A stretch of 63,496 nucleotides of DNA, filler included, from Globobulimina sp. (GCA_003354225.1; 40 parts of 40 records of this genome joined end to end with filler, not necessarily neighbours in it); one strand, 5' to 3'; positions 1-11,137 are shown, counted from the first letter of the whole stretch. Translations and numbers: made by a program. The notes: generated by a model not told the origin, from the sequence alone.

Positions 1-826
1 TACGCAGTGTTTTCTTATTAATATTCTTATTTGACGTCGACTCCATTTGTTTTGCTATAAATTGTTTTAATGTTTTTGAGGATTTCATATTTTTATTAAT
101 TATAAATATGCCTTTACTATAAATCTCAATTTGTTTCGCTATAAATTTTTCTTTTGAATTTAATTCACTTTTTTTATAAATATATTGTGCATTAAAATAA
201 TCTTTTTCTATCTTTAAACTTTTATCATTTCTTTCATTGTATAATCCTTTTACAAATGTCAATTTATTCATAAATTCATCCCTACGAACATTGTTATAAT
301 TACTTATAAATTGTTTCAATGTCACATGATTCAAATGATTCAATTTAAAACTTCGTGTAAATTGAGATAAAGGCGCAATGCCTGAAATATCAATTGCAAC
401 ATTTTTATCACTGTCATTATATTGATTATAATCATCACAATCATAATCAATATGTGTTGGTCGTTCTTTATGTTTTGTAGTTTGCCGCAATTTATTAGAT
501 TTCTTATATGAATAAGAATATGAATAGGAATGAGACTGAGACTGAGACTGAGACTGAGATTTGCTATGTTCGTTTATATTGTCCCTATCTTTTGATTTTG
601 TACATGTTTTCTTCTTATTTCTCATATTTAATATTTTTTGGATATTTTTTGGCAATGATTTTAATTGAGTCCATTGTGGGACAAAAGTGGGATGCCATAC
701 AAGTGTATTGCTATGAATATCATCTTTGCATAGTATTTGCTTTAATTGCTGTAATGTAATACCAGAAGAATTTTGGCCTACACCTGGTGAGTGATAGAAC
801 CACTCGGGAACGTTATCTTGGGTCAT
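1..826 (-). CDS. GYF_2 (DUF4339)-like domain protein, 3' partial
   Basis: Manual translation, absent from the ORF track because it runs off the window: MTQDNVPEWFYHSPGVGQNSSGITLQQLKQILCKDDIHSNTLVWHPTFVPQWTQLKSLP matches the GYF_2 pattern; frame stays open to position 1. Confidence 0.6.
   Translation of the reverse strand, partial: MTQDNVPEWFYHSPGVGQNSSGITLQQLKQILCKDDIHSNTLVWHPTFVPQWTQLKSLPKNIQKILNMRNKKKTCTKSKDRDNINEHSKSQSQSQSQSHSYSYSYSYKKSNKLRQTTKHKERPTHIDYDCDDYNQYNDSDKNVAIDISGIAPLSQFTRSFKLNHLNHVTLKQFISNYNNVRRDEFMNKLTFVKGLYNERNDKSLKIEKDYFNAQYIYKKSELNSKEKFIAKQIEIYSKGIFIINKNMKSSKTLKQFIAKQMESTSNKNINKKTLR
531..559. repeat. (TGAGAC)n microsatellite encoding an (SQ)n tract on the minus-strand CDS
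   Basis: tgagac repeated 4-5 times. Confidence 0.9.
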
Positions 827-1491
827 TCACTATTCACTATTCACGATTTGTTGTGGTGACACAAAAGTGACTTTCAAGTTATTCAAAACCTGCTGACATT
901 TTTGCTGTGCAAAAAAACATTGTTGTTTAATTGAGTATGTCCAACTAACCGTTTTCTGAAGGCGATACATCAATGTCTACTTTAAGGGAGTGTCGCGAAA
1001 TTACGTAATTAAAATTGGACCCTATGTACTAGGTCCTAAATTGTTGCAATTTGTTACAATATGAAAAATCTGCTTCAACTGCTTTACAAAGCTTTAAGGG
1101 TATTGCTCCTGTGGTAAACTGACAACTAAGACTGTTTTCTACTTAATTTAACATTTACTAGCTAGTCATTGTCCACCTAGACTCTACTGTATACCATAAA
1201 TGGTGAGTCGACCCCGATCTTATCTGGTCCTTCCGACTGAACTTCGATCAAAAAAAGAAAAGCCGTAGCAAGAGAACAGGAAAAATGGTCAATCAATGAT
1301 AATTATGCAAACGTTATTACATTGACACATTCGGACATTAAACATTTTTCAAAACAGAAGAGAGTGAAATAGATATTACATACATCAATGGAATTATGTA
1401 TGGTATCAATACACCAACACTCAAAGAAAGAAAAAAATGTTTTACATAAAACATTAATCAGCAAATAATTATAATTTATTATTAAATCTTA

Positions 1492-1591
1492 NNNNNNNNN
1501 NNNNNNNNNNNNNNNNNNNNNNNNNNNNNNNNNNNTTAATTAATTAANNNNNNNNNNNNNNNNNNNNNNNNNNNNNNNNNNNNNNNNNNNN
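1492..1591. other. Artificial contig linker N44-TTAATTAATTAA-N44 (first of 39, every ~1.59 kb)
   Basis: Identical six-frame-stop spacer between N runs; contig lengths decrease monotonically. Confidence 0.99.
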
Positions 1592-3082
1592 AAAGATATT
1601 TTTGTTGTGATGGCTTTCTGGATCCAATGGATTTGTACATTTCATCGGTTTTATGTAATGCTGGCTCGTCAGGCCTTTCTCGCTTACTTTTATAGTGCTG
1701 TTAAGATAATGTATTTGTTTGCCGATTACCAAATCATTAGGTTTCTCCATTTTGAATTGAATATTTTCATTTATTGAATTTAAAATCGATGTGATTCTCT
1801 TTGCGAAATTAAATTGTCCCAACCAAATAATAGTCAGATCATCGCGATATATTTTCATGCCATGTTTAATAATGTATGTATTTAATAAGACATTTGCTTT
1901 TCTAATTATTGGTATCATTGCAATATCCGCCCAAGGCGGCGTATGTGCGGGACCCATGGAACCACCGTTTGTTTGTTTTAGAAATTTGTTGTTAAATCTG
2001 ACGATATTATTTTTCATAACGATATCCAATGCCAATCTGAATTCTTTTTTATTTGGGATAAAATCATTGACGTTAAAAGTGTCCACAATTAATTTGCGTA
2101 AATCATCATAATATGTATCAATCATATCTGCATTCAATGAATTTCCATATTCTGTGTCAATCGCACAGTACATACACACTACGTCCCAACAACCGATAAA
2201 TATGTTTTCGTGATTATATTTCCAGTCAATCTCCGGATCATTGTTATGTATAATTATCCAATGTTGAAAATGATTCATATCAATTAATAAAGTGTCAGAT
2301 ACATTCATTTGTGGGGCACGTAAGTAATATGCTATCCATCTACAAATATATTCAATCGACGTGTTGTGTGCGCTGCAGATTCCTCTCAATGGCTTATAAA
2401 TAGAATTTGTATCTTTATGGTCCTTAAAAAGGCCATAACATTTCCCGGGTTTATAATGTTCGTCAAATGGTTGATTTGGCTCTAAATATTTACTCCAAAA
2501 TGCTGATTTTACGAACTTTTCTTTAAAATTCTTAATATTTTTGATAATTTCCGTAGAATCATACTGTGGAACAATCTCAAAATTGCATTGTTTCAAAAAT
2601 GTTTCAACGCCTTCGATATAATGCTTTGTTTCAATTAAACCGAAACGATTCGATTTATCTCCTTTGACACAAGTAATTATGCCACTTCTTGCTCTCTTCC
2701 ATAATGATTTAATTCCATTGTAGTACTTTTTTGATTTTGAATCAATATTTTCAATGTTCCAATTATTTGTATCTAATATTGTATTTTCTAATAAATCTAA
2801 TCCCGTTTCAAGCGTTGAATTTTGTGTTCGTTTAATTCCTTTGCCTTTGGATTTGATGTAAGGCAATTTCGCAAAGCCATGATTATCCGCTAAAAATGTG
2901 CCAATTTCTCTTTCCAAATCTAATCGTTTCTCAATATCTGATTTTTCTCTTCGTTGCTGACCGCATAGTCTCATTGCGGTATAATACCTAAATCGCATTT
3001 GATTTTTAAACGATTCAATTGCGTGACCATAACCTGCTAAATCTGGTTCTTTTGGATATGGCACAAATTTTGGATGAGCGTG
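1592..3082 (-). mobile_element. Penelope-like element reverse transcriptase (partial at both ends)
   Basis: Motifs CYGLFKDHK..PLRGICS, WDVVCMY, KQTNGGSMG, YRDD, and thumb YIKP....LDPESHH typical of PLE RTs; ORF open across the contig. Confidence 0.85.
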
Positions 3083-3324
3083 NNNNNNNNNNNNNNNNNN
3101 NNNNNNNNNNNNNNNNNNNNNNNNNNTTAATTAATTAANNNNNNNNNNNNNNNNNNNNNNNNNNNNNNNNNNNNNNNNNNNNACCTAGTGACAGTAAAAT
3201 AGAAACGGAAAACAATCTTGTAAGTGATTGGTAAAAGATTGTACATGATTGGTAAAAGAAAGCAAAAAACAAAACCTTATATAAAACAAAAAAATGTGAT
3301 TAATTATGCGAATATTAAATAAAA

Positions 3325-3386
3325 AAGATGATTGGGATTTGGACCCAAATCTTATTTATAAGATGCTCTCAATGAGCTATCATCAC
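3325..3386 (-). ncRNA. tRNA-like cloverleaf with non-canonical anticodon arm
   Basis: GATGA-TA-GCTC ATTGA GAGC-A-TCTTA TAAA TAAGA-T-TTGGG TCCAAAT CCCAA-TCATC followed by a T run. Confidence 0.6.
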
Positions 3387-3402
3387 AATACATTCCTTAA
3401 CC

Positions 3403-3480
3403 ATCGATGAGGCGACTCCGTCGCCGCCATATTTACCATAATAAGTAGTATTTTATCGATGGGGCGACTCCGTCGCCGCC
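3403..3480. repeat. Two copies of a 26-bp GC-rich hairpin unit ATCGATG(A/G)GGCGACTCCGTCGCCGCC
   Basis: Copies at 3403-3428 and 3455-3480; GGCGAC/GTCGCC stem. Confidence 0.85.
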
Positions 3481-4072
3481 CGTACAACTCCTCCACGTCC
3501 ACCTCCTGCACACCCACCTCCTGCACATCCACCTCCTGCACATCAACATCCTACTCATCCACATCCGCCTATCCACCACCTCCTCCCACACCACGATAAC
3601 CACCGCCACCACAAACGCCAGCCAAATCCATCCATATCAATAATACCATATGAATAATACCAAATAAATGTATAACGCCAGCCAAGGGCGCCCCCTCGAC
3701 GTGAAAACTTTGTTTTTGGAAACACGTTACACAGTCAAGATATACCAACTGAATATGGGTACAATATTTTTCCCAAAAAAAGACCATACAATGAATCCAT
3801 CGGAGCGTGATAATAAAAAATAATATTCCCGTGATATTTTTGAAATTATAAATATGAGATATTGATTTGTTTCATGGGACATAAAAAATAACAAAACACA
3901 AAATAAAACAGATAATATAGATTCCTGAATGCAATAGATCCGTAATATAACATTATAACATTAAAATATCAACGAGAGACGAAAGGATCAAAAACAAATA
4001 AGCCTCTTGCATCTGTTGTTTCCAAAATGTTGTTTTCAAAGACAAATTTAAAAAAACTTTGAAGTTCGGCCG

Positions 4073-4124
4073 AAAACCTCTGGGTCCAAAATAAAATATT
4101 GGAAAATATTTTCAGTGCAAGGAT
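4073..4124. promoter_or_regulatory. Bipartite motif AAAACCTCTGGGTCCA-N25-AGTGCAAGGAT
   Basis: Same motif pair at 54725-54776 and 55422-55464 in an unrelated contig; function inferred only. Confidence 0.45.
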
Positions 4125-4213
4125 AAAAATTAAAAAATAACTACGCATAATATGATAACTTGCTTCATCTTAAATCACCATTTTCCAACAAAAAAATATT
4201 TTGATGACTTCGA

Positions 4214-4260
4214 GCTTCTTGCCTCTGGGCTTCTTGCCACCGGGCTTCTTGCCTCTGGGC
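4214..4260. repeat. 15-bp tandem repeat x3 (GCTTCTTGCCWCYGG)
   Basis: Directly visible. Confidence 0.9.
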
Positions 4261-4261
4261 C

Positions 4262-4317
4262 CCTATTACATGTTAGTAAATAGGATTTGGGTTCAAATCC
4301 CAATAATCACATTTTTT
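4262..4317 (+). ncRNA. 3' half of a tRNA-like element (hairpin, T arm, acceptor 3' strand, T run)
   Basis: CCTATT..AATAGG-AT-TTGGG TTCAAAT CCCAA-TAATCAC-A-TTTTTTT; inverted relative of 3325-3386. Confidence 0.5.
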
Positions 4318-4773
4318 TGTTTTATCACATAATTTATCACATTTTTTTACATTTTGTGGTGTTTTGTTTCTAAATAATTGCGGGAATTTAAGTGGTAAAA
4401 TTAGAAACTCTTTCAACCATCGCTTTGCGTCATGTACTCCAGCAACGTCATTCCATTTTATATTTGGTTTCAGAGTGATGTAGTTTGTTGGGTCCGGTGT
4501 ATATTCGGCTGGGATAAAATAATAAACAAGACATAAATTAACAATTCCATCTGGAATGGAGTAATATATATTTAATGTTTGTTCAATTTCGCGGGTATAG
4601 CCATAAATTAAATGAGTGGTATCTTCATTGACATTGGTCAGTGTTTCATTTATTTGTTTTTGAGTCGGATATANNNNNNNNNNNNNNNNNNNNNNNNNNN
4701 NNNNNNNNNNNNNNNNNTTAATTAATTAANNNNNNNNNNNNNNNNNNNNNNNNNNNNNNNNNNNNNNNNNNNN

Positions 4774-4980
4774 TTGTTTTTGTTTTGTTTGTAAGTTTGG
4801 CATTCGGTTTTTTTGTGTTGTTTTGGTCATTTGCTTTTTGCTTTTTTTTTTGTCTGATTTTGCGATGATCCGGTCTGACATTTCTTTTTTTGTGCCAGTT
4901 GATGAAACGTTCCATTCTTTGCATTTTTTTATCAAATCCTTTTTGCAGAGTTTCAGCAGTATGTTTCTTCGAGACGACAT
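4774..4980 (-). CDS. SAP-domain protein, N-terminal part
   Basis: LLKLCKKDLIKKCKEWNVSSTGTKKEMSDRI fits the SAP consensus. Confidence 0.7.
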
Positions 4981-5046
4981 GGTTAATATTAGGTCGTTTC
5001 TGAACAAAAAGATTTATTTAAACCGTTTTTAAGCTTAGCAGTTTGA

Positions 5047-6204
5047 ATGGAGCTGTCAACTGTGTTACTTTTATTGATTGCAACATTGTTTTCATCGTTT
5101 TTAATCATCAAGCATTGCATACTGCACTTTTTCCAATCATCCAAAGCTAATATGCAGAGAACCAAACTTAATATAATCAATAAAATGAAGTTAAAGGACG
5201 ACATTAAGAGCTCGCGAGATGACTTAGACGATGAAGACCCATTAGTTTTATACCGAAAAATTAAAAGAAACAATGACAAATTAGCATTGGACGCAATTGA
5301 CTTTATCATGGAAACCATCTCAGAATACAATTTACAACATTTATCCTTTAGTTTTAACGGCGGCAAAGACTGCGTGGTATTACTATATTTAATACGCATT
5401 GCATTGAAATTATTGCACAAAAAAGAGAGCAATTTACACATTATTTGGTTCAAACGGAACAATGAATTCCAAGAACTAATCGAATTTTTGCGATATTGCA
5501 TCAAAAAATATAAATTCCCGTTATTTGAGACGTGCAATGATTATCGGAATGGTTTGTTTGAGTTTCTCAAGAATGGAAATGGCGGAAATCCATTGTGTCA
5601 ATGTGTTTTTTTAGGACAGCGAATAACTGATCCTTTTTGCGAGAATTTGTCATTAAAAAGTCATTGCACCGCTGGCTGGCCAGATATTATTCGGATAAAT
5701 CCAATTTTATATTGGTCGTATACTGACATTTGGAGCTTTTTATTGAAGTATAATTTGGAATATTGCTGTTTGTATAATAAGGGATACACGTCATTGGGTG
5801 ACAGGAAACAGACGATTCCCAATCCATTGTTATATGACAGACATTTATTTAAATTCAAATCTGCGAATAATTTGTTGAAAATGTATGAAAATGCGGAAAG
5901 ATTTGGGCGTTTAATTAAAAATAAACAAGTATCGGATGTCGGTGCAGCGGGAAAAATAATAAGTGATACGATAAAATGTGTGGTTGTTGTTGGTGAGGGG
6001 AAGGACGTGAAAATGAATGAAAATATGATAAATAATGTAAAATTAGCAATTGATTGTAGTTGTTGTAGTTTTGTGGGTGAAATACTAGAAAATAAACAAA
6101 AACTAATCGTTGATATTGAAGTCATTGAAAGTGATAAAAATAATGAAAAATTAAAATGGTGTAAAAAAAACTATTTATATACGTTTTATGCAAATATTTC
6201 TTGA
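5047..6204 (+). CDS. FAD1: FAD synthetase (PAPS reductase family) with N-terminal hydrophobic anchor
   Basis: SFNGGKDCVVLL, GQRITDP, RINPILYWSYTDIWSFL, LYNKGYTSLG, ERFGR motifs. Confidence 0.9.
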   Translation: MELSTVLLLLIATLFSSFLIIKHCILHFFQSSKANMQRTKLNIINKMKLKDDIKSSRDDLDDEDPLVLYRKIKRNNDKLALDAIDFIMETISEYNLQHLSFSFNGGKDCVVLLYLIRIALKLLHKKESNLHIIWFKRNNEFQELIEFLRYCIKKYKFPLFETCNDYRNGLFEFLKNGNGGNPLCQCVFLGQRITDPFCENLSLKSHCTAGWPDIIRINPILYWSYTDIWSFLLKYNLEYCCLYNKGYTSLGDRKQTIPNPLLYDRHLFKFKSANNLLKMYENAERFGRLIKNKQVSDVGAAGKIISDTIKCVVVVGEGKDVKMNENMINNVKLAIDCSCCSFVGEILENKQKLIVDIEVIESDKNNEKLKWCKKNYLYTFYANIS

Positions 6205-7682
6205 CTCGATTTGCAAATTATTTACGTTGTTATGTGTCATGTATTAAATCGACTGACATGGGTTNNNNNNNNNNNNNNNNNNNNNNNNNNNNNNNNNNNN
6301 NNNNNNNNTTAATTAATTAANNNNNNNNNNNNNNNNNNNNNNNNNNNNNNNNNNNNNNNNNNNNATACATGCCCAAGTTCGACGGCCCTGGGCGGTCGAG
6401 AAAGTTCGCAGGGGGGGTAAAATTTTCCGTTAGCCCCAGGGGGGGTCCACCGATTTTGATGAAATTTCTGCCAGATGTTTTGTGGGTGGTATACTTAATT
6501 TTAGAACCTGAACTTCTTGTGGTATCGGAAGTGTAAGAGTACAGCACAAAGTGGGCATTTAGATTCGATTGACTCAAAAATTGCGTCTTAAAATGGCTGT
6601 TTCTGAGAAAATTTGCCTATTTTTAGCTAAAAAATGGTATATTTGGAGCAAAAATGTCCAAAAAATCGCCCAAAAATCCTCCAGAAGGCCCAAAAATACC
6701 CCCCAAATTTCGGTGGGGGTAGCCCATTTTACCCTGTTGGGGGGTAAACCCCCCTCAACCCCCAAGGACATCTATGTGTAATAGTTAACATATACGTAAT
6801 AATTACCTTATATGATAATAGTTAACATATATGGTAACTGTTACCATATGGGCCAATGCAATGACTTGTATTTCCCTCTATGGTAATATTTTCCATATAT
6901 ATGGACATATAAAGGTATGTATTACCATATATAGTGAAACATACCAGACTGACAATATTGTACCATTTACCGCATCTACAATATTTCCCCTGCGACCTGC
7001 TGACCAGTACCAGGTGGCCTTCTATTTTTCATTCATTCATTTCATTCATCCTCTGTTCGAGAATTCAATGTACAGAAATATGTACTTTAAATCGAACATT
7101 TTTGTGAGCTGATTGACCTCTATTGTGGCAACCGAAGACGATATTTTTGCCTTATTAGTGAAATTTTTAGTTTCAGAGTAAAATGAAGATAATTGGCTTT
7201 AGCTGGCAAACATATTACATGCGAAATCCTGAATCAAGCAGAGCTGTTTCTGTCGACCTGTACTTCGTCACATGACAAGCAACAAGAACAAAGAAAAGAA
7301 GATATGTGAACAAAATGAATATTTAAACTTGGAGTTTTAATCAAACTGAACAATGGCCTGAATTATTACCAGAAAATGGAAAATCCATTATTGGATGATT
7401 GCCATGTTTTACTGTTTCTTATGCACACGGAGAGAAAGTTTAATTTTATTTAAAATAATATTTTACTGTTGTTTTTGTGTTTATTTTATTTATTTTCTTC
7501 TTGTATAGACATATAATTTGTAATTTCTACCTTTTCTTTCTGAAAATAATTGATTCCCATGTAAATATAAATAAATCGATGAAAATAAAGTTTATAAATG
7601 GTTTCGATTTTATTACTATTTTATTTTCCAGAGAGTAAAGTACGGTATTTGTAAAGTTTGTTTCAATTCATGATTATCCATT

Positions 7683-7738
7683 TGTCAGCCGATTTCGGCT
7701 GACAGACAGCCGAAACCAGCTGACGGACAGCCGAAATC
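7683..7738. repeat. Palindrome TGTCAGCCGA-TT-TCGGCTGACA followed by GACAGCCGAAA repeats
   Basis: Perfect 10-bp stem plus two direct copies; resembles transposon subterminal repeats. Confidence 0.6.
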
Positions 7739-8908
7739 AAACCACCTGACCAGCTCTACCATCCAGTACTTGGTGTTTCATCCAGTGATGGTCGTTATGT
7801 CTTTGGACAATGGAAAATGTATTGAGGATCAAGCCACTGAACACCGCAACCATTCNNNNNNNNNNNNNNNNNNNNNNNNNNNNNNNNNNNNNNNNNNNNT
7901 TAATTAATTAANNNNNNNNNNNNNNNNNNNNNNNNNNNNNNNNNNNNNNNNNNNNAGTAACTGTTTCCATATGAAAACATTTTATATCTTAGGCAAAATT
8001 TTCAAAGTTTGATTTAGCCGATCGAAATTATATTAAATATAGATGTAGACAGGTTTAAAGATAATGGTGGAATATAGGAATAATTAAAGTTTATATCCAC
8101 AATTTTATGCAAAAATCAACGGTTGTATTGATCAAATTATATGGTCGATTTTGAATCAGAATTTTAGATACATAAGGGAGCATGAGGTACATATTGGACT
8201 CACCGTTATAACTTTCTTCCTACTGCACACACACTCCACTTGCATTGAGACCAATGGCCGTTGGAACAACACACTAGAATGGCGACTGGCCACAGGTGTT
8301 AGGTCAATTCGCGCGCGCCATCCCGTCTGGTATTGGTCGGTTATGCCACCCGTTAATCTAAAGTTTGCCCAAACAGCAGGGGGTCAATAATCGGCCGTCG
8401 TCCATCGCGGCCAATCAATTAGATGGCCTAGATATTTAGGCGGGAGATACAAATGAGTTCATCCTACTGGCACCCATATAATAACTTTATGTATTTCATG
8501 ACTGAATGCTACGTTTTGACATTCTGAATAAATATTCGTCCCTATAGCCGAATTTCGAGCTGAACACCGTGGTATACTTCATTTTTCACGAAAAATACTA
8601 CTCGATGAGATATTCAATAATTTAGACTCCGGCGGCATATTTATCAGATGTCAATAAATTGCAGTCAGATATAGACTTGACTATTGCTTCGACTACATAG
8701 CTAATGAACAATAAATTTTGAGTTTTTCTATAAATGTTTGCCCTTAGAGCCGAATTTCACGAGGAACACGTTCCGATACTTCATTTTTTACGAAAAATTA
8801 TATTTCATGACATATGGTCAATTTATTGTCAAATTATCGTCAATTTCGGTCAAAAAAGGTCAAATACGGTCAAAAATCACAAATACATACGAATATCAGT
8901 CATATCAT

Positions 8909-9103
8909 TCATATCGGATGTTGTCGCTTTATTTCCTTTACCAAATTGAGAAATGGCTGTTCACGATTCATAGATCTCCACCAATAATATGCCAAATGTC
9001 CGGGCATCAATGTTGGGTTGCTTCCTCGTTTATTTCGTAAAAAATCCGTTTTGATATGTCCCCAAAAACATTCAATTGTCTGAGTATGTACTCCTGTATG
9101 CAC
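8909..9103 (-). pseudogene. Merlin/ISXO2-like DDE transposase C-terminal remnant
   Basis: TGVHTQTIECFWGHIK...HLAYYWWR matches the ISXO2/Merlin consensus; upstream part missing. Confidence 0.8.
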
Positions 9104-9197
9104 ATACAGTATGGGTGCAGTAGTACAGTATACATACAGTAAACATTCATTAATTAATTCATTAATTTTGGGCCAGCCAGATTGGGGAGTAAACAGG

Positions 9198-9347
9198 TAG
9201 GGGATGTTCAGTTGCGGAAAATTCCGAAAATAAGGCGATTTCCGAATTTATTGTTTTTCTCCCGAATTAGCCAAATATCGTGGAAAATTGAGCAATTTTC
9301 GATTTATTCTAGCAAGTTGGCTAAATTTCCGAAAGTGAACATCCCTA
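9198..9347. mobile_element. ~150-bp MITE with hAT-like termini
   Basis: TAGGGGATGTTCA ... TGAACATCCCTA inverted ends, internal CCGAA repeats; no clear target-site duplication. Confidence 0.6.
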
Positions 9348-9546
9348 AACGAGAACCACTTGATCTAATCTGACTGTCTCTCATGTTTGTATGTAGTTGA
9401 ATGGGGATCAAACCATACACAATCGTACAAATTACTATTCTCAGTANNNNNNNNNNNNNNNNNNNNNNNNNNNNNNNNNNNNNNNNNNNNTTAATTAATT
9501 AANNNNNNNNNNNNNNNNNNNNNNNNNNNNNNNNNNNNNNNNNNNN

Positions 9547-10263
9547 GAAACTGGTGATCCAGAGCCTGTGAGTTATATTAATCCTAGTAAATATATTCAG
9601 CACAACCTTATGGTGGGTGATGGCCTGGAGGGTTTTGGAGAAGTGATGAAACAGTTACCAGAAGGCAGTGCAAAAGCACGGGTCGTGCGCGCATTCAAAG
9701 ATGGTGATTATGTGTTCACACACACCGAGTACGATTTTTTCGGCCCGAAAATTGGTTTTGACATCTTCAGATTCGAGGAAGGTAAGATAGTCGAGCATTG
9801 GGATAATCTCCAGGAGACTGCATCTCATAGTGCCTCAGGCAGATCTCAAATCGACGGACCGATAGAAGCTGTCGATATAGATAAAACCGTAGCAAACAAG
9901 GCCCTGGTGGCAGGATTTGTCAAAGACGTCCTTAAGGGAGAGAATCCAGGCAAAATTACTGAATATATCTCCACGGAGACCTATCATCAGCACAATCCCA
10001 ACGTGGCGGACGGTTTGGAAGCACTGGGCAAAGCGCAGGAGGCGATGGCCGGTGCAGGAACACCGATGATCTATATCGAAAACCACATGATACTTGGTGA
10101 AGGTAATTTTGTTCTTACAGTCTCTGAGGGCCAGTTTCTTGGTAAGCTTGTGGCCTTCTACGACCTGTTCAGAATAGAGAACCACCAGATTGTTGAACAC
10201 TGGGATACTATTGAGGAAATTCCTTCAAAAGACAAATGGATGAACAATAACGGGAAATTCTAG
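9547..10263 (+). CDS. Bacterial tandem SnoaL/NTF2-like domain protein, 5' partial
   Basis: Two repeats of YIQHN..VGDG / YHQHNPNVADG and D(I/L)FR...IVEHWD. Confidence 0.9.
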   Translation, partial: ETGDPEPVSYINPSKYIQHNLMVGDGLEGFGEVMKQLPEGSAKARVVRAFKDGDYVFTHTEYDFFGPKIGFDIFRFEEGKIVEHWDNLQETASHSASGRSQIDGPIEAVDIDKTVANKALVAGFVKDVLKGENPGKITEYISTETYHQHNPNVADGLEALGKAQEAMAGAGTPMIYIENHMILGEGNFVLTVSEGQFLGKLVAFYDLFRIENHQIVEHWDTIEEIPSKDKWMNNNGKF

Positions 10264-10428
10264 ATTCTAATAAGGTAATCTACGTGTTAATGAGACAGCG
10301 CCAAGAACCTGGTATTTAGGAATATCATGGTCTCTTGGTGTTGATCATTATTTCCATATCCATCTGAGAGTTTTGCCTCGAATTTTACCAGTTTATCATA
10401 TCTTGCAGAGCTGATTGGATTTACCCTA

Positions 10429-10640
10429 TTACCCTATTGGTAAATAATTTCTACATGTACTTCATCGTAAAGCCTTAGTGTCTCCCTATCGATATCCAAA
10501 TCCATTGCCGCAAGTGACTCATCAAGTTGTTTAACAGTTGTTGCTCCAACAGTTGTCGAGGTAACACGATCAAACTGCTTGCTCCAGGCTATGGCAAGTG
10601 TTGCAGGTGATATCTCAAGTGATTTGGCAATATCAAAATT
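10429..10640 (-). pseudogene. Aldo/keto reductase (Tas-like) C-terminal fragment, bacterial
   Basis: Manual translation IAKSLEISPATLAIAWSKQFDRVTSTTVGATTVKQLDESLAAMDL...YPIG*; N-terminal three quarters absent. Confidence 0.75.
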
Positions 10641-11017
10641 TATGCTTGAACAGCAAAAAAGGAAGGTTGATGAAAATTGTATAAAGCGAGGAGACTATTG
10701 CTGAAATATTAGGTTGGGCTTACAAAGCTACTATTTGTCACCTCACCGTATATACAAAATTGACAACCAAAAAGTGATAGGATATAGTTGAAATTGCATA
10801 CTTACTGTTGCAGTGTAGTAATTCGACCTATAGAGCAGACAGGATGTGACTATTTGGTATGTCATGAATCATCATTTATATCATGCCGGATTTGGCACAT
10901 TTGTTCTGTTTCAATCTGGTTTGTATGGTTCGGTCGTTGATTTTCAAATAAATGCTCAACAAAAGTTAAAAGATATTTTTCTTATTTAACTGAGATGAAA
11001 ATTCTATTTTTAATATA

Positions 11018-11031
11018 AAGGAGAGGCAATG
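11018..11031 (+). promoter_or_regulatory. Shine-Dalgarno plus ATG of the next bacterial gene (cut by contig end)
   Basis: AAGGAGAGGCAATG. Confidence 0.55.
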
Positions 11032-11137
11032 ATAAGCNNNNNNNNNNNNNNNNNNNNNNNNNNNNNNNNNNNNNNNNNNNNTTAATTAATTAANNNNNNN
11101 NNNNNNNNNNNNNNNNNNNNNNNNNNNNNNNNNNNNN

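Noticed and set aside
508-759. Plus-strand 83-aa ORF with ETETET
   Set aside because: Antisense shadow of the minus-strand GYF_2 gene
3403-3480. Possible hammerhead ribozyme (GATGA plus stem)
   Set aside because: No CUGAUGA and no GAAA after the stem
4114-4124. AGTGCAAGGAT resembles U6 snRNA TGCGCAAGGAT
   Set aside because: No ACAGAGA box or other U6 sequence around any copy
7683-7745. Possible hammerhead (CTGAC..GAAA)
   Set aside because: CUGANGA spacing and stems I/III not satisfied; better explained as subterminal repeats
9394-9446. Degenerate T-arm-like sequence on the minus strand
   Set aside because: Imperfect stem, truncated by the contig end
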